From positions 23,854 through 87,853 of the forward strand of contig JAOZHX010000025.1 in the NCBI GenBank assembly GCA_026014665.1: DNA of 64,000 nt. Reading direction: 5' to 3'. Below, piece after piece: positions 47,587 to 57,234 of the stretch. Within the stretch, counting starts at the first letter, position 1, and each line of letters opens with the position of its first letter. The notes under the pieces are model-generated. The model was given only the letters and a program-made list of their open reading frames with translations, did not search any database and was not told the origin of the DNA. A program made the translations under genes and the position numbers. This stretch comes from Candidatus Bathyarchaeota archaeon (GTDB lineage: Archaea; Thermoproteota; Bathyarchaeia; Bathyarchaeales; Bathycorpusculaceae).

Positions 47587-48669
47587 TCAATCACAGTGGG
47601 GTTTTCTAGGCGTCCCTTTAACAACATTACAAACATAATTCGCGCAGTTGGCGAAAACCACACAATGAAACGCCAAATAAGAAATGCCCGTCTTAAGCCA
47701 GAAAACCACGACTCCGCCAAGCAACGCTACAGATGCCGCAACAGCAGGCAAAACACCTAACGCTGTGTATAGAGCGGTTGTAATTATTTGTGCGTACCCA
47801 GCGAATGCGTATCCTTGTGCTTCAACATTTCCCGCTATCGAACGGACAATAATAACCTTATCTGCTCCCACAAAAAATCCCAATGAAACAAACACTAAAT
47901 ACAGCGTCAAAACCTCAAAGCCCCAAGCAAAAAAAGATAAAATCATCGGGCGAATCAACATCCTTGGGTTCTCAATTAAAATCTTCATGCCCTCATGATA
48001 ATCATCCAAAAGTTTGTTTGCTTCAGGTTCGTACTTCGACAAATTCAGTCGGTTTCGTGTTAGCCGTTTGGTACCAGCGATAAATTTGTGTATAAGCTTC
48101 TTTGCACCTGAAGGGCGAAAACTAACAATTAGCAGAATGATTAAAGGCACAGTTAAAAGGAACATAATCAGGCCGATTCCGATAAAAATTGCTCCTGCCA
48201 AGCTATAGTTAAGCAAAAGCAAAATCAGCCCTACAACCATGTTTGCTAGATTAAAAATTGCCTCATACATGTTCTTAGCAACCACTGAAGCAACCGCCCG
48301 TCCACCGTCGATTCCTGGTTCCCGACCGAGTAAATAAGCCTTAAATAAATCACCTGACCAGCCGCCTGGAATCAAGTTATCCACAAAAATTCCCAGCCAG
48401 TAGAAGACAAAAGTGCGGCGAAAACTCAACTTGATGTTAACCCTGCCTAAAAGGTTAAACCAAACTAGCGAGTGAAAGGTAATTGAAGCAATCACCGCAC
48501 CGATGGCTAATAAGTAAACGCTCAAATTTACGTTTCTTATGGCTTCCGCCAAGTTTGAGAGACCTACGAAGAACAATAAATAAAGAAAGAGCGCGGTGTA
48601 ACCTATTACCGCAGTTATGGCAATCCACCTTTTAGCGGTAACTGTCACGGGTGCTTGCGCTCTAGACAT
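47587..48669 (-). CDS. Lysylphosphatidylglycerol-synthase-TM / flippase-like membrane protein (UPF0104)
   Basis: FVDNLIPGGWSGDLFKAYLL, ASVVA motif, 8-9 TMs. Confidence 0.85.
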   Translation of the reverse strand: MSRAQAPVTVTAKRWIAITAVIGYTALFLYLLFFVGLSNLAEAIRNVNLSVYLLAIGAVIASITFHSLVWFNLLGRVNIKLSFRRTFVFYWLGIFVDNLIPGGWSGDLFKAYLLGREPGIDGGRAVASVVAKNMYEAIFNLANMVVGLILLLLNYSLAGAIFIGIGLIMFLLTVPLIILLIVSFRPSGAKKLIHKFIAGTKRLTRNRLNLSKYEPEANKLLDDYHEGMKILIENPRMLIRPMILSFFAWGFEVLTLYLVFVSLGFFVGADKVIIVRSIAGNVEAQGYAFAGYAQIITTALYTALGVLPAVAASVALLGGVVVFWLKTGISYLAFHCVVFANCANYVCNVVKGTPRKPHCD

Positions 48670-48767
48670 GGAAGAACCTGCATGTTATAAGAAAAAGATG
48701 ATATTTCAGTATTGCTTAGCCCAAGCAACCTCTTTTGCCAGTGAAGATCGACATAGCTAGACATAGC

Positions 48768-49739
48768 TCAGGAAAGCATGAGAGTCCCTGCAACCCTCAG
48801 CTTTGCCCCCTCAAGATACATCAACACCGCCCTATCGTCTGGACGGTAAACCAAAGGCTTATCTAGCGTCAGCGTTAGGAAAGGTTGCCTCCAGTCTCCC
48901 TTATCTGTAACAGCTTCAACTTTAGCCGTCACAAATTGGGTCCAATGCCCAACATGCATAACCATCCCTGCATTGAGGGGTAACTGCCAATACTTAACCA
49001 ACGAAGCCTGCACCTGAAGCTTGGAGGAACTTTTGACAGCCAGATCATTCGTTAAGACTGTGCCCCGCTCAACATCTTCCACTTCGACGTTCTTTAATGC
49101 CAACCCAACCCTATCGCCTTCCCAGGCACAATCAAACTCGTCATCATGCTTCTGAATGGAGCGAATTTGAGTGTTCTTTCCACTAGGCAAGACATTCATG
49201 AGCGTATGCTTCTGAACAGAGCCATAAACCACGATGCCAAGCACTACCACGCCTACGCCTTTAACGTTAAACGCATGATCCACCGGTACTGTCCCCACCG
49301 TTCCTAAAACCGCGGCGTTTTTCTGCTGTGCAGCCTTCGCCAAGAGTTTTTCCCTCAGCAGGTTGCTATCATCTTCGATAAACTCAAAAGCCTCAAGGCT
49401 GGTCCCTTTGATGAGCGGTACGATTTTTTCTTTGGGTATATAGCTACGCAAAAGGAAGTAGCCGCTCGTGATTCCAGTGCATTGCAACATGACAAGTTGT
49501 TCGCCAAGGTTTGCGTTGACTTCGTCGACTACGACTATGGCTTTCTCGGCTAAGGAGCAAGCAAAAAATAACGGTGCCAGACGTTCAGGGTATCGAGTAG
49601 GTTCAACAAAGGTAACTGTATTTTCATCGCGCTTGAGGTTATAGAGCGTGATATCTGTGGAAGTGCCTTTTTTTGCAAGGCTATTTCCGTATCCTTGGGC
49701 GCCAAGAATGGCTACTGTGATGTTTCCCATTAGCATCAT
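48768..49739 (-). CDS. SelB/EF-Tu-like protein with degenerate G-domain (aSelBL-like)
   Basis: Domain II VDHAFNVKGVGVVVLG, IRSIQKHD, GDRVGLALK; no GxxxxGK(S/T) P-loop or NKxD. Confidence 0.8.
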   Translation of the reverse strand: MMLMGNITVAILGAQGYGNSLAKKGTSTDITLYNLKRDENTVTFVEPTRYPERLAPLFFACSLAEKAIVVVDEVNANLGEQLVMLQCTGITSGYFLLRSYIPKEKIVPLIKGTSLEAFEFIEDDSNLLREKLLAKAAQQKNAAVLGTVGTVPVDHAFNVKGVGVVVLGIVVYGSVQKHTLMNVLPSGKNTQIRSIQKHDDEFDCAWEGDRVGLALKNVEVEDVERGTVLTNDLAVKSSSKLQVQASLVKYWQLPLNAGMVMHVGHWTQFVTAKVEAVTDKGDWRQPFLTLTLDKPLVYRPDDRAVLMYLEGAKLRVAGTLMLS

Positions 49740-49943
49740 AACCTGTGAGTTACCTCGCCATAGTGAGCAGGCTTCAAGATAAGGTTTCTGAAGAAGTTGC
49801 TACTTTTTTCTGATGATAAGAACATTTTCGCAAATCACTCTTCTTTCTAATCACAAATCTATCAGAATACCAATCGATACAAATCAATATTCAGCAATAA
49901 TCTTAAATATTAATCGATATTCATCGACATATAGGCAATACCC

Positions 49944-50405
49944 ATGAAAGTCAACCTAACGGTAAAAGCCGACGAGCTCAAACTCGCCCAGCTGCTCTCA
50001 AAATTCGCGGAAAAATATCGTATGACCTATAAGCTCAACAGGCGCGCTGATGGTTACCTCCTTGAGGTAGAGCTAAACAGCGATGACTTCGGAGAGCTCA
50101 TAAGGCGATTAAACCATCTAAAAGATGCCACCTACAACATTGAAGAAATTCGTGGAGGTGGAGCTCTGGACAGATTCAACGTGAGCCTGCTCCGCACAAA
50201 CGTTGATGCCTTAGTCGGCAAGGAGGCAATCGCTAAGACTGATATAGACCTAATCGACGGCGGCATCGTAAAAATCGGTGGTGAACTATGGTTGGCAAAA
50301 CCTGATTACTGCGAAGTCATAAAGGAAGGCTCTAAAGTTAGGGTAATCAGAGTGGAAGGGGTTAGCCTTATAGTGGAAGGAGAAAATGGAAAATGTACGA
50401 ATTAG
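49944..50405 (+). CDS. NfeD-like C-terminal OB domain protein with N-terminal ACT-like domain
   Basis: LVGKEA...GIVKIGGELWLA...IKEGSKVRVIRVEGVSLIVE; upstream of an SPFH gene. Confidence 0.85.
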   Translation: MKVNLTVKADELKLAQLLSKFAEKYRMTYKLNRRADGYLLEVELNSDDFGELIRRLNHLKDATYNIEEIRGGGALDRFNVSLLRTNVDALVGKEAIAKTDIDLIDGGIVKIGGELWLAKPDYCEVIKEGSKVRVIRVEGVSLIVEGENGKCTN

Positions 50406-51308
50406 AAATAACCTTAGTAGGAGTCACAATAACAATAATAATTCTCGTCCTCCTCTCGCGCTCGATCAAAAAAGTCAATCAATACGAAAAGGGCATAGTG
50501 GAACGATTCAACGCCTACAAGGAAACCGTTGAGCCTGGCTACGCATGATAACGCCGTTTGTGGAGCGTATGCTTCGAGTAAACATGAGAGAACAGGTAAT
50601 TGACGTTCCACCACAAGAAATCATTACCGAAGATAACGTCGTCACCATAGATGCCGTCATCTACTACCAAGTCGTCGATGCAAGACGCGCACTGTATGAA
50701 ATAGAAGATTTTGAACTCGCCATAGTCAAACTAGCACAAACTACCCTTAGAAACATAGTTGGAGAGATGAGCCTCGACATCGCACTTACCTCAAGAGAAA
50801 AAATCAACGTCGACCTCAGGAGTGTCCTCGACCAAGCTACCGATAAATGGGGCACAAAAGTCAACCGCATTGAACTTCAAAGAATCGATCCACAGCAAGA
50901 TATCCAAACAGCCATGCACAAACAAAAAACCGCCGAACAAGAAAGACGCCAACTCCGCTTACTCGCGACAGGCCGCAAAGAAGCTGCTGAACAAGAAAAA
51001 CAAGCCGCCATACTCAAGGCGCAAGGCGAAAACAAGCTGCAATCCTTAGTGCAGAAGGACAAGCACGTTCGGTTGAGCTTGTCGCAGAAGCTCAAGCAAA
51101 AGCGGTAAAACTAGTTTCTGAAGCGGCAAATTCTTACTTTAAGGAGAACGCTCAGCTAAACAAGAAACTCGATGTCATACGAGACACGTTCTCGCAGCAA
51201 ACCAAAGTCATTGTTCCAGCTTCCGCAGATGTCTTAAACGTCATAGGACTCGAAGGCGCAACGGTGCTTCCGGTGAAAGCCGAGCAAAAACAAGCGACCA
51301 GTAGATAG
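50393..51308 (+). pseudogene. SPFH/stomatin-family gene with two single-base-deletion frameshifts
   Basis: MYELEITLVG...YEKGIVERF...VEPG / MITPFVERM...VDLRSVLDQATDKWG...AQGE / KQAAILSAEG...; breaks at ~50540 and the A4 run 51029-51032. Confidence 0.85.
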
Positions 51309-51324
51309 AGGGGTTGATAAACGG

Positions 51325-51642
51325 ATGGCTACAACTATCAACCTATCACTTACCCCATTATTCATCTTTGGCTTAGTAGTGATAATAGCTGTAGCAGTCA
51401 TAATTGCAAATCAAAGAAAAAGCACTCCGCCAAAATCCCGGTATCATTCTTATGGCGCCAGCAAGTATGTGCCAAGACAGTTCAGCGAACAAATGGAATT
51501 GGACATGCGATTGCCATACAGACGATTCAAGCAACTCTACCCCTACAGCACATAGACCTACGAGGAATATAAGAAAATGCAGATGAGAAATGCATTCAGG
51601 TGCTCAACTAGTTCTCAACAAAACAAACGCATGGTACGCTGA
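51325..51642 (+). pseudogene. Single-TM small protein interrupted by in-frame TAG at 51553-51555
   Basis: The frame continues after ...RFKQLYPYST* as TYEEYKKMQMRNAFRCSTSSQQNKRMVR*. Confidence 0.55.
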
Positions 51643-51747
51643 CTAAGAGCTTCTTTCCGAGACACTTAACCTTTAAACTCGCTCGTAAACCTTGTATAAG
51701 TAAGCGCATTAATTCAGGCAAAAATGTTTGCATTCGCAAGCTCTGTC

Positions 51748-51977
51748 TCTTTGTTCATTCTCAACTGCGTTTCCTTCCCTCTTCAACGTGTAAAGGCTTC
51801 CCCAACATGCTTCCACACCCACACCGCAGCATTTTCAACATGCACTCATGTTGCGCGTGTGGTGTGGCTTGCTTATGCCACACCATAACGGACGTTGGAA
51901 AAAGTTGCAAACCCAAAAAGCAAACGCCCCCATCAACCACCATGTGGCACCACAAAAATCGTCTCAATCACATAAAC
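51748..51977 (+). repeat. Dispersed ~250-bp intergenic element, copy B
   Basis: 31-nt perfect match (51804-51834) to rc 56987-57017; hairpins CAACATG-cact-CATGTTG and GGTGTGGC...GCCACACC. Confidence 0.85.
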
Positions 51978-52253
51978 AAAAAAGAGAAAACTGCTTTAAA
52001 TTACTAAACCATTGCTTACAATCGTCTTTATTATCGGTAGCCAGTATGGAAACTTGGCGCTGGTGATTAGCATATTCTCATTTGAGTGTTCGGATGCGAT
52101 GTTAATCTCACGTCTTCATCCGTAAAACAGGTATGAAAGAAAAACAGAAATAACTGTAACGTTAGCCAGCTGACTTCGCAACAAGACGAGCTTAAATACA
52201 TCAATCTTTATCTTATCAAAGCTTCAAAATACCATACGCTTGAGGCAAACAAG

Positions 52254-53855
52254 ATGAACAAACCAGATGAGCACGACGGACTTAAAATTCCGTGCATTCC
52301 TTGCACAATGTCTACTCAACACCCTGACAATGCCAACGTTCCAGAGTGGAGCGAAGGTGAAGTAATCAACGGAAACACCGAAGTCTATGAAGCCTACTAC
52401 TCATACAAAACTCTGGGTTGCCAAGAAGTCATGTGGGACTCAGAAGGCAAAGACGTGGACACCCGAGTGGTCAGAAAGCTTTTGCAGAAGCACTGGGACT
52501 TCTTTGCAGAGAATGTCCTCGGAGAAGACGTCCGATTAACTTATCGCATTCCTAACCCAAGAATTGAAGGGGCAGAAAAAAAATACCTTGTCGAAACTCT
52601 CCAAAACATCCCAGTTGCGTACGATGTTGCTACGCTCGCATATAAGCGGGAAGTCACACCTATTTTTGAAGTTATTTTGCCTTTTTCCACTGAAGCCAAA
52701 GAGCTTATTATGCTTCTCAATTACTACAAAAAAGCCATTGTAGAGGATGAAAATGAACTATTATATGAATCCACAAAAACAAAAGATTGGATAGGAGATT
52801 TCAAACCTAAAAACATCTCCATTATCCCTCTGGTCGAAGACTTCGAAAGCATAATGCACGTTGACAAAATAGTAACACCCTACATACAAGCTGTTAAGCC
52901 TGATCATCTACGAGTTTTCATAGCAAGGTCTGACCCCGCATTAAACTACGGTTTAATTTCAGCGGTTCTCCTCTCAAAAATAGCGCTTAGCAAACTCAAA
53001 ACAGTTGAAAAAGAACAACAAACAAACATTTACCCCATTCTGGGAGTCGGCTCAAAACCTTTTCGAGGTCACCTCTCGCCTGAAAACATCGACGGTTTCC
53101 TCCAGGAATACAGGGGTGTCTCAACAGTAACAGTCCAATCAGCCTTCAGATATGACTACCCAACCCCAAAAGTCCAAGAAAGTATACAAACCCTCAACCA
53201 AAGGCTTCCAAATGGGCGACCCCAAGACATTTCTGTTGAAGAAGAAAAGATTCTGCTAAACATTCTCAAAAAATGCAGAATAGATTATGAAAAACAAATC
53301 GAAAACATGGCCCCGTTCATAAACAGCGTCGCATCATACGTTCCCCAAAGAAGAGCACGTAAACTCCACATTGGACTCTTCGGGTATAGCCGATGCGTTG
53401 TTGGAGTATGCTTGCCAAGGGCAATTGCCTTCTCAGCTGCCCTCTACAGCGTTGGAATGCCTCCGGAATTTTTAGGCATGCAATCCCTTGCTAAACTAAG
53501 CAGTGAAGAATGGTCTCAGCTTGAGAAGTATTACGTAAAATTAAAAGAGGACCTATCCTTAGCTGGCGAATACGTTTCTTGGCAAAACATAGAAATGCTA
53601 AAAGAAATGAGTCACGCCACTTCAAAACGCGTTGGAATGAGCGAAGGAAAACTCGGCGATTCTCTCTCTAACTTGCAGGAAGATTTGCGAGCAGTAGAAA
53701 GTTGCCTAAACATAAAATTGGGGGCAAAAGGAATTTCTCAACGAAGACATGAAAACTTCACCAATAACTTCTTGCTATCCTTCATTCAAAACGAGGATGC
53801 TGAAGCCAAGAAAGCCTTGATTGAATCAGCAAAACTAAGAAAATGCTTGGGTTAA
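52254..53855 (+). CDS. ppcA: Archaeal-type phosphoenolpyruvate carboxylase
   Basis: MSTQHPDNA, MWDSEGK, RSDPALNYG, GSKPFRG, TVQSAFRYD, LPRAIAF. Confidence 0.95.
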   Translation: MNKPDEHDGLKIPCIPCTMSTQHPDNANVPEWSEGEVINGNTEVYEAYYSYKTLGCQEVMWDSEGKDVDTRVVRKLLQKHWDFFAENVLGEDVRLTYRIPNPRIEGAEKKYLVETLQNIPVAYDVATLAYKREVTPIFEVILPFSTEAKELIMLLNYYKKAIVEDENELLYESTKTKDWIGDFKPKNISIIPLVEDFESIMHVDKIVTPYIQAVKPDHLRVFIARSDPALNYGLISAVLLSKIALSKLKTVEKEQQTNIYPILGVGSKPFRGHLSPENIDGFLQEYRGVSTVTVQSAFRYDYPTPKVQESIQTLNQRLPNGRPQDISVEEEKILLNILKKCRIDYEKQIENMAPFINSVASYVPQRRARKLHIGLFGYSRCVVGVCLPRAIAFSAALYSVGMPPEFLGMQSLAKLSSEEWSQLEKYYVKLKEDLSLAGEYVSWQNIEMLKEMSHATSKRVGMSEGKLGDSLSNLQEDLRAVESCLNIKLGAKGISQRRHENFTNNFLLSFIQNEDAEAKKALIESAKLRKCLG

Positions 53856-53927
53856 TTCTAATCTCGCCTGCAAAAAAGGCTGCCACTTCTTTAAGTCAAA
53901 ATAGAGAAATGAAAAAACAAATGGGAT

Positions 53928-54794
53928 TTAAGCTACTTTCGATGCAGCTTTCTCCAATGCACCACTCAAGCTACTCATTTCTGCGTTTGCTTTGCGGATG
54001 AGGTCTGCAATGGTTTCTTTAGTGGGTATGGCTGCGCTGACCGAGAGGGCGACCGCTTTTTGGTGGGCTTGCTGCAGAAGCGGCTTGATGGTTTCTTTGG
54101 TTGCATAACCAATGCTGAGGGCTAATGCGAAGGCTTCTTGGTTGCTGGCTTCAACGTCTTTTTTGGTTGCGGCGATGTCGATTTTGAGTTGATCGCCAGT
54201 AATCATTAAGCCGTTATCGAAGACTGCACGCATGGAAATACCCAACTCGACTGCTTTTATGCCAAGTTTGGAGAGGACGCCTGCTAAGCGTTCATTTATG
54301 ACTTCGCCTTTGCGAACCACCAAGGTGTCCTTGCTGATCCAGACGCTACCTGATTCAATGCGTGTTGGCAAACCGACGGCGTTTAGTTGGCTGATCACTG
54401 GACCTGGGGGTTGACCTGTGTTGCTGGCGGGGATGACGACGTCTTCAGCTGCTATGTCGCCTGCTTTGGCGGTGGTTTTGACTTTGCCGCGTTCCAGCAT
54501 CAAGGCAAGTTTGAAGGGGTTTAGGTCTGTGAATAGAAAAACGTTTGATCCTTCTAAGTATGCCTCGAGTTTCTTGAGTTCAGCTTGATTGAGTTCTTCG
54601 ATTGCGATTTTTATGAGTGTGTTTTTGAGAACTCGTAAGTAGACTTTGCCCTTCATAGTTTTTTTGAGTTCTTGAAGTTGGGAAGCTCGAACCTTTTGCA
54701 GGCTTGCGATGCCGACGGATTTGTATTCTTTCAATATGTCTTTGATTGCTTTTACTTCGCTTGATTTTTCTTCTAACACTTGTTGGGACGGCAT
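53928..54794 (-). CDS. rplP0: 50S ribosomal protein L10/P0
   Basis: KNTLIKIA, FLFTDLNPF, NTGQPPGP, AGVLSKLGI; ATG 54794. Confidence 0.96.
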   Translation of the reverse strand: MPSQQVLEEKSSEVKAIKDILKEYKSVGIASLQKVRASQLQELKKTMKGKVYLRVLKNTLIKIAIEELNQAELKKLEAYLEGSNVFLFTDLNPFKLALMLERGKVKTTAKAGDIAAEDVVIPASNTGQPPGPVISQLNAVGLPTRIESGSVWISKDTLVVRKGEVINERLAGVLSKLGIKAVELGISMRAVFDNGLMITGDQLKIDIAATKKDVEASNQEAFALALSIGYATKETIKPLLQQAHQKAVALSVSAAIPTKETIADLIRKANAEMSSLSGALEKAASKVA

Positions 54795-54807
54795 GTACTT
54801 CAAACTC

Positions 54808-55458
54808 TTAAGGTTTAATTTTAACGGGTTCGCCCATAGACGTCTTGATAAAAGCATACTTTACGTTTTTTAGCCCACGCTTTAGTTTGCCATCAAGAAC
54901 ACGCAAGACCGCCATGGTGTTGTCTACGAGTTCTTCATCCTTCATCTGTTGAGAACCGACTGGAACCTGGATGATGGGTTGGTTACGCATGCGGACAACT
55001 ACGGTTTTGCGGTGTTTAGAGATTAGGGCGTTAATATCTGCGGTTGGTGGAACGGGAATAGGCATTTTTCCCCTAGGACCTAAAACTGGACCCAGAATTC
55101 TACCGACCAGCGGCATCAGTGGCGCCTCGGAAATGAATATATCGTAGTCGGTGGCGAGTTTCCGCAGGTCTTTCTTTTTGCCGTTTAACGCATCTAGGTC
55201 TGTGCGTTCGATGACTCGATCTGCTTGAGCGTTTTTTGCTTTCAGGGCAAATTCTCCTGAAGCAATAACGCAGATGCGGTTAGGCTTACCGGTTGCGTGC
55301 GGAAGTTCAACTACCTCTTGAATTTTACCTTCAGGTGCTTTCATGTCGATTTCTGTAATGTCTAGTATGAGGTCGACAGTCTGGTTGAATTTTTTCTCAC
55401 CAGCTTTTTCCTTTGCCTGTTTTATCGCTTCAGATATGGTTTTGTTGTCTAGGGGCAT
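54808..55458 (-). CDS. rpl1: 50S ribosomal protein L1
   Basis: KFNQTVDL, LGPVLGPRGKMP, KTSMGEP. Confidence 0.97.
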   Translation of the reverse strand: MPLDNKTISEAIKQAKEKAGEKKFNQTVDLILDITEIDMKAPEGKIQEVVELPHATGKPNRICVIASGEFALKAKNAQADRVIERTDLDALNGKKKDLRKLATDYDIFISEAPLMPLVGRILGPVLGPRGKMPIPVPPTADINALISKHRKTVVVRMRNQPIIQVPVGSQQMKDEELVDNTMAVLRVLDGKLKRGLKNVKYAFIKTSMGEPVKIKP

Positions 55459-55516
55459 TTTTAAGCCTCGTGCCAATAGGGATTTAGAAACCCATTATAA
55501 AAATATTCGCCCATCA

Positions 55517-56005
55517 TTAGTCGCTACCAAATAGGCTATCATAGTTACCAGCGTCTATTTCTGTTTGGACTTGGCGGGGGTCTTTGCCTTCAACGGTGAC
55601 GCCGAGGCTAACGCAGGTGCCGAGCAACTCTTTTGTTGCCTTCTTTATGGTGGGTGATAAGAGCTGGGGAGCTTTAATTTTTGCTATGCGGATAATTTGA
55701 TCCATGGATAAGTTGCCGACTTTAACAGAGTTTGGCGTTCCTGAACCTTTCTCCACTTTTAGTTCAGCAACGATTAATGCAGAAGCTGTTGGGGTGCCTA
55801 CAGTTACTTCGAAGGTTTTATCTTCTTGGTCAACGCTGATTTTGACTGGAACTTTCATTCCAGCGTATTCTTTTGTGACTTCGTTGATTTTGTTGACAAT
55901 AGCCATTATGTTGACGCCTAATGGACCCAAAGCTGGACCCAAAGGTGGACCTGCATTGGCTTGTCCGCCGCTGACTATTAATTCTACAACTTTCTTTTCG
56001 GGCAT
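55517..56005 (-). CDS. rpl11: 50S ribosomal protein L11
   Basis: GGQANAGPPLGPALGPLG, GTCVSLGV. Confidence 0.97.
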   Translation of the reverse strand: MPEKKVVELIVSGGQANAGPPLGPALGPLGVNIMAIVNKINEVTKEYAGMKVPVKISVDQEDKTFEVTVGTPTASALIVAELKVEKGSGTPNSVKVGNLSMDQIIRIAKIKAPQLLSPTIKKATKELLGTCVSLGVTVEGKDPRQVQTEIDAGNYDSLFGSD

Positions 56006-56021
56006 TTTATGGTTTTCTCCT

Positions 56022-56507
56022 TTATGCTTTTGCTTTTTCAACTAGTTTTACATAGTCTGAATGTACTGTGATGGGCAAAGTAAATGTTGCTTCAAGCAAT
56101 TCTAAGGTAACTTCGCCTTTTGATTTGTCGAGTCTGGTGATTTTTGCACGCATACCCTTGAAAGGCCCGCCGGTAATTTCAACCACGTCGTCCTCGTTGA
56201 GGTCTTCCATGACGGGTTTGCGCACGATGTAGCGTTCGATTTCGCTGAAGTTTATAAGTCCAGGAATACGAGAGCGCACATGCCTGACTCCAGCGATGGC
56301 TTCTTCCACGAGGTGTGGGCCGTCGGCTTCTATGAAAACATAGCCTTTGAGAGTGTCGGGGACGAGAAGAGCTTTTATGGGAATATGGGCCATTTCGACT
56401 TTGGATGCGATTAGCCGTGCTACGTTGCGTTCTTGCCCCGTAGTTGTTTTAACTGCAAAAATCTTCACTTCGGAAAGCTCTTCTTTTTTATCCATAACCT
56501 GTTTCAC
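56022..56507 (-). CDS. spt5: Transcription elongation factor Spt5/NusG
   Basis: TTTGQERNVA, KGYVFIEA, KOW motif ITGGPFKG. Confidence 0.96.
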   Translation of the reverse strand: MKQVMDKKEELSEVKIFAVKTTTGQERNVARLIASKVEMAHIPIKALLVPDTLKGYVFIEADGPHLVEEAIAGVRHVRSRIPGLINFSEIERYIVRKPVMEDLNEDDVVEITGGPFKGMRAKITRLDKSKGEVTLELLEATFTLPITVHSDYVKLVEKAKA

Positions 56508-56509
56508 TT

Positions 56510-56698
56510 CTAACCTGTGGTTCCGGTGGTTGCGCCACCGATGGCGAATGATAGGAGCTTGATAACGAAGCCAATTAAGCCGACTGCGCCTATTCCCAAG
56601 AGGCTGATTTTAATCGAGAGCCAAAGCTCTTCTCTGTCGGGTTTTGAGGCTAGCTTTAAAGTTCTTGCCGCCTGCGTTAACCAAGATTTTATTCCCAT
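56510..56698 (-). CDS. secE: Protein translocase SecE/Sec61-gamma
   Basis: LKLASKPDREE...GLIGFVIK with a single TM. Confidence 0.93.
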   Translation of the reverse strand: MGIKSWLTQAARTLKLASKPDREELWLSIKISLLGIGAVGLIGFVIKLLSFAIGGATTGTTG

Positions 56699-56844
56699 AT
56701 TGACCGCACACTCAAGATTTCACTATTCTATAATAAACGTTACTGTAACTTTTAGGTTTAAAACAACTCTACGCCAATGCTTTTAAACGTTCTCCTAACT
56801 TCAATTTTCCTTGGTTGCGCTTCAATGGATGCTTGCACCTTAAG

Positions 56845-57093
56845 CTTTATGTGGGTGTAGCAGTTCTTAGGCTGCCACAAGATGGTTTGCGGGTTTGGTT
56901 GCTTTTTGGGTTCGGGCTGTTTTTCTTTGCCTTTTCCGGTGTGGCACAAGAAACCACACCACACGCCCAACATGGCTCCATGTTGGAAATGCTGCGGTGT
57001 GGGTGTGGAAGCATGTTAAAGAAGCCTAAGATTGATACATCGTAAAGGGATGGAAACGGTGTTAAAAACAACCCAATGAATGGACAATAAAGA
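56845..57093 (-). repeat. Dispersed ~250-bp intergenic element, copy C
   Basis: Reverse-complement colinear with copies A and B; hairpin CCAACATG-4nt-CATGTTGG at 56967-56986. Confidence 0.85.
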
Positions 57094-57234
57094 GATAGGA
57101 CACCTATGTGGCAACCGCTAGGAAATTATTGACTTTTGAAGTGGCTGTGATGTTGGTTGTAGATGAAAGAGGTTTTGGCTTTTGCTGTTGCTTGGCTAAT
57201 GCTTTTTCAACATATCGTTAGTTTATGGTTAAGT

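Noticed and set aside
48768-49739. Selenocysteine insertion system
   Set aside because: The SelB-like protein lacks GTPase motifs, and no tRNA-Sec, SelD or convincing in-frame TGA selenoprotein was seen.
51553-51555. Genome-wide TAG recoding (pyrrolysine-like)
   Set aside because: Intact genes in the window end at TAG (for example 24795 and 25783), no pyl genes are present here, and neighbouring genes carry frameshifts and TAA stops consistent with decay.
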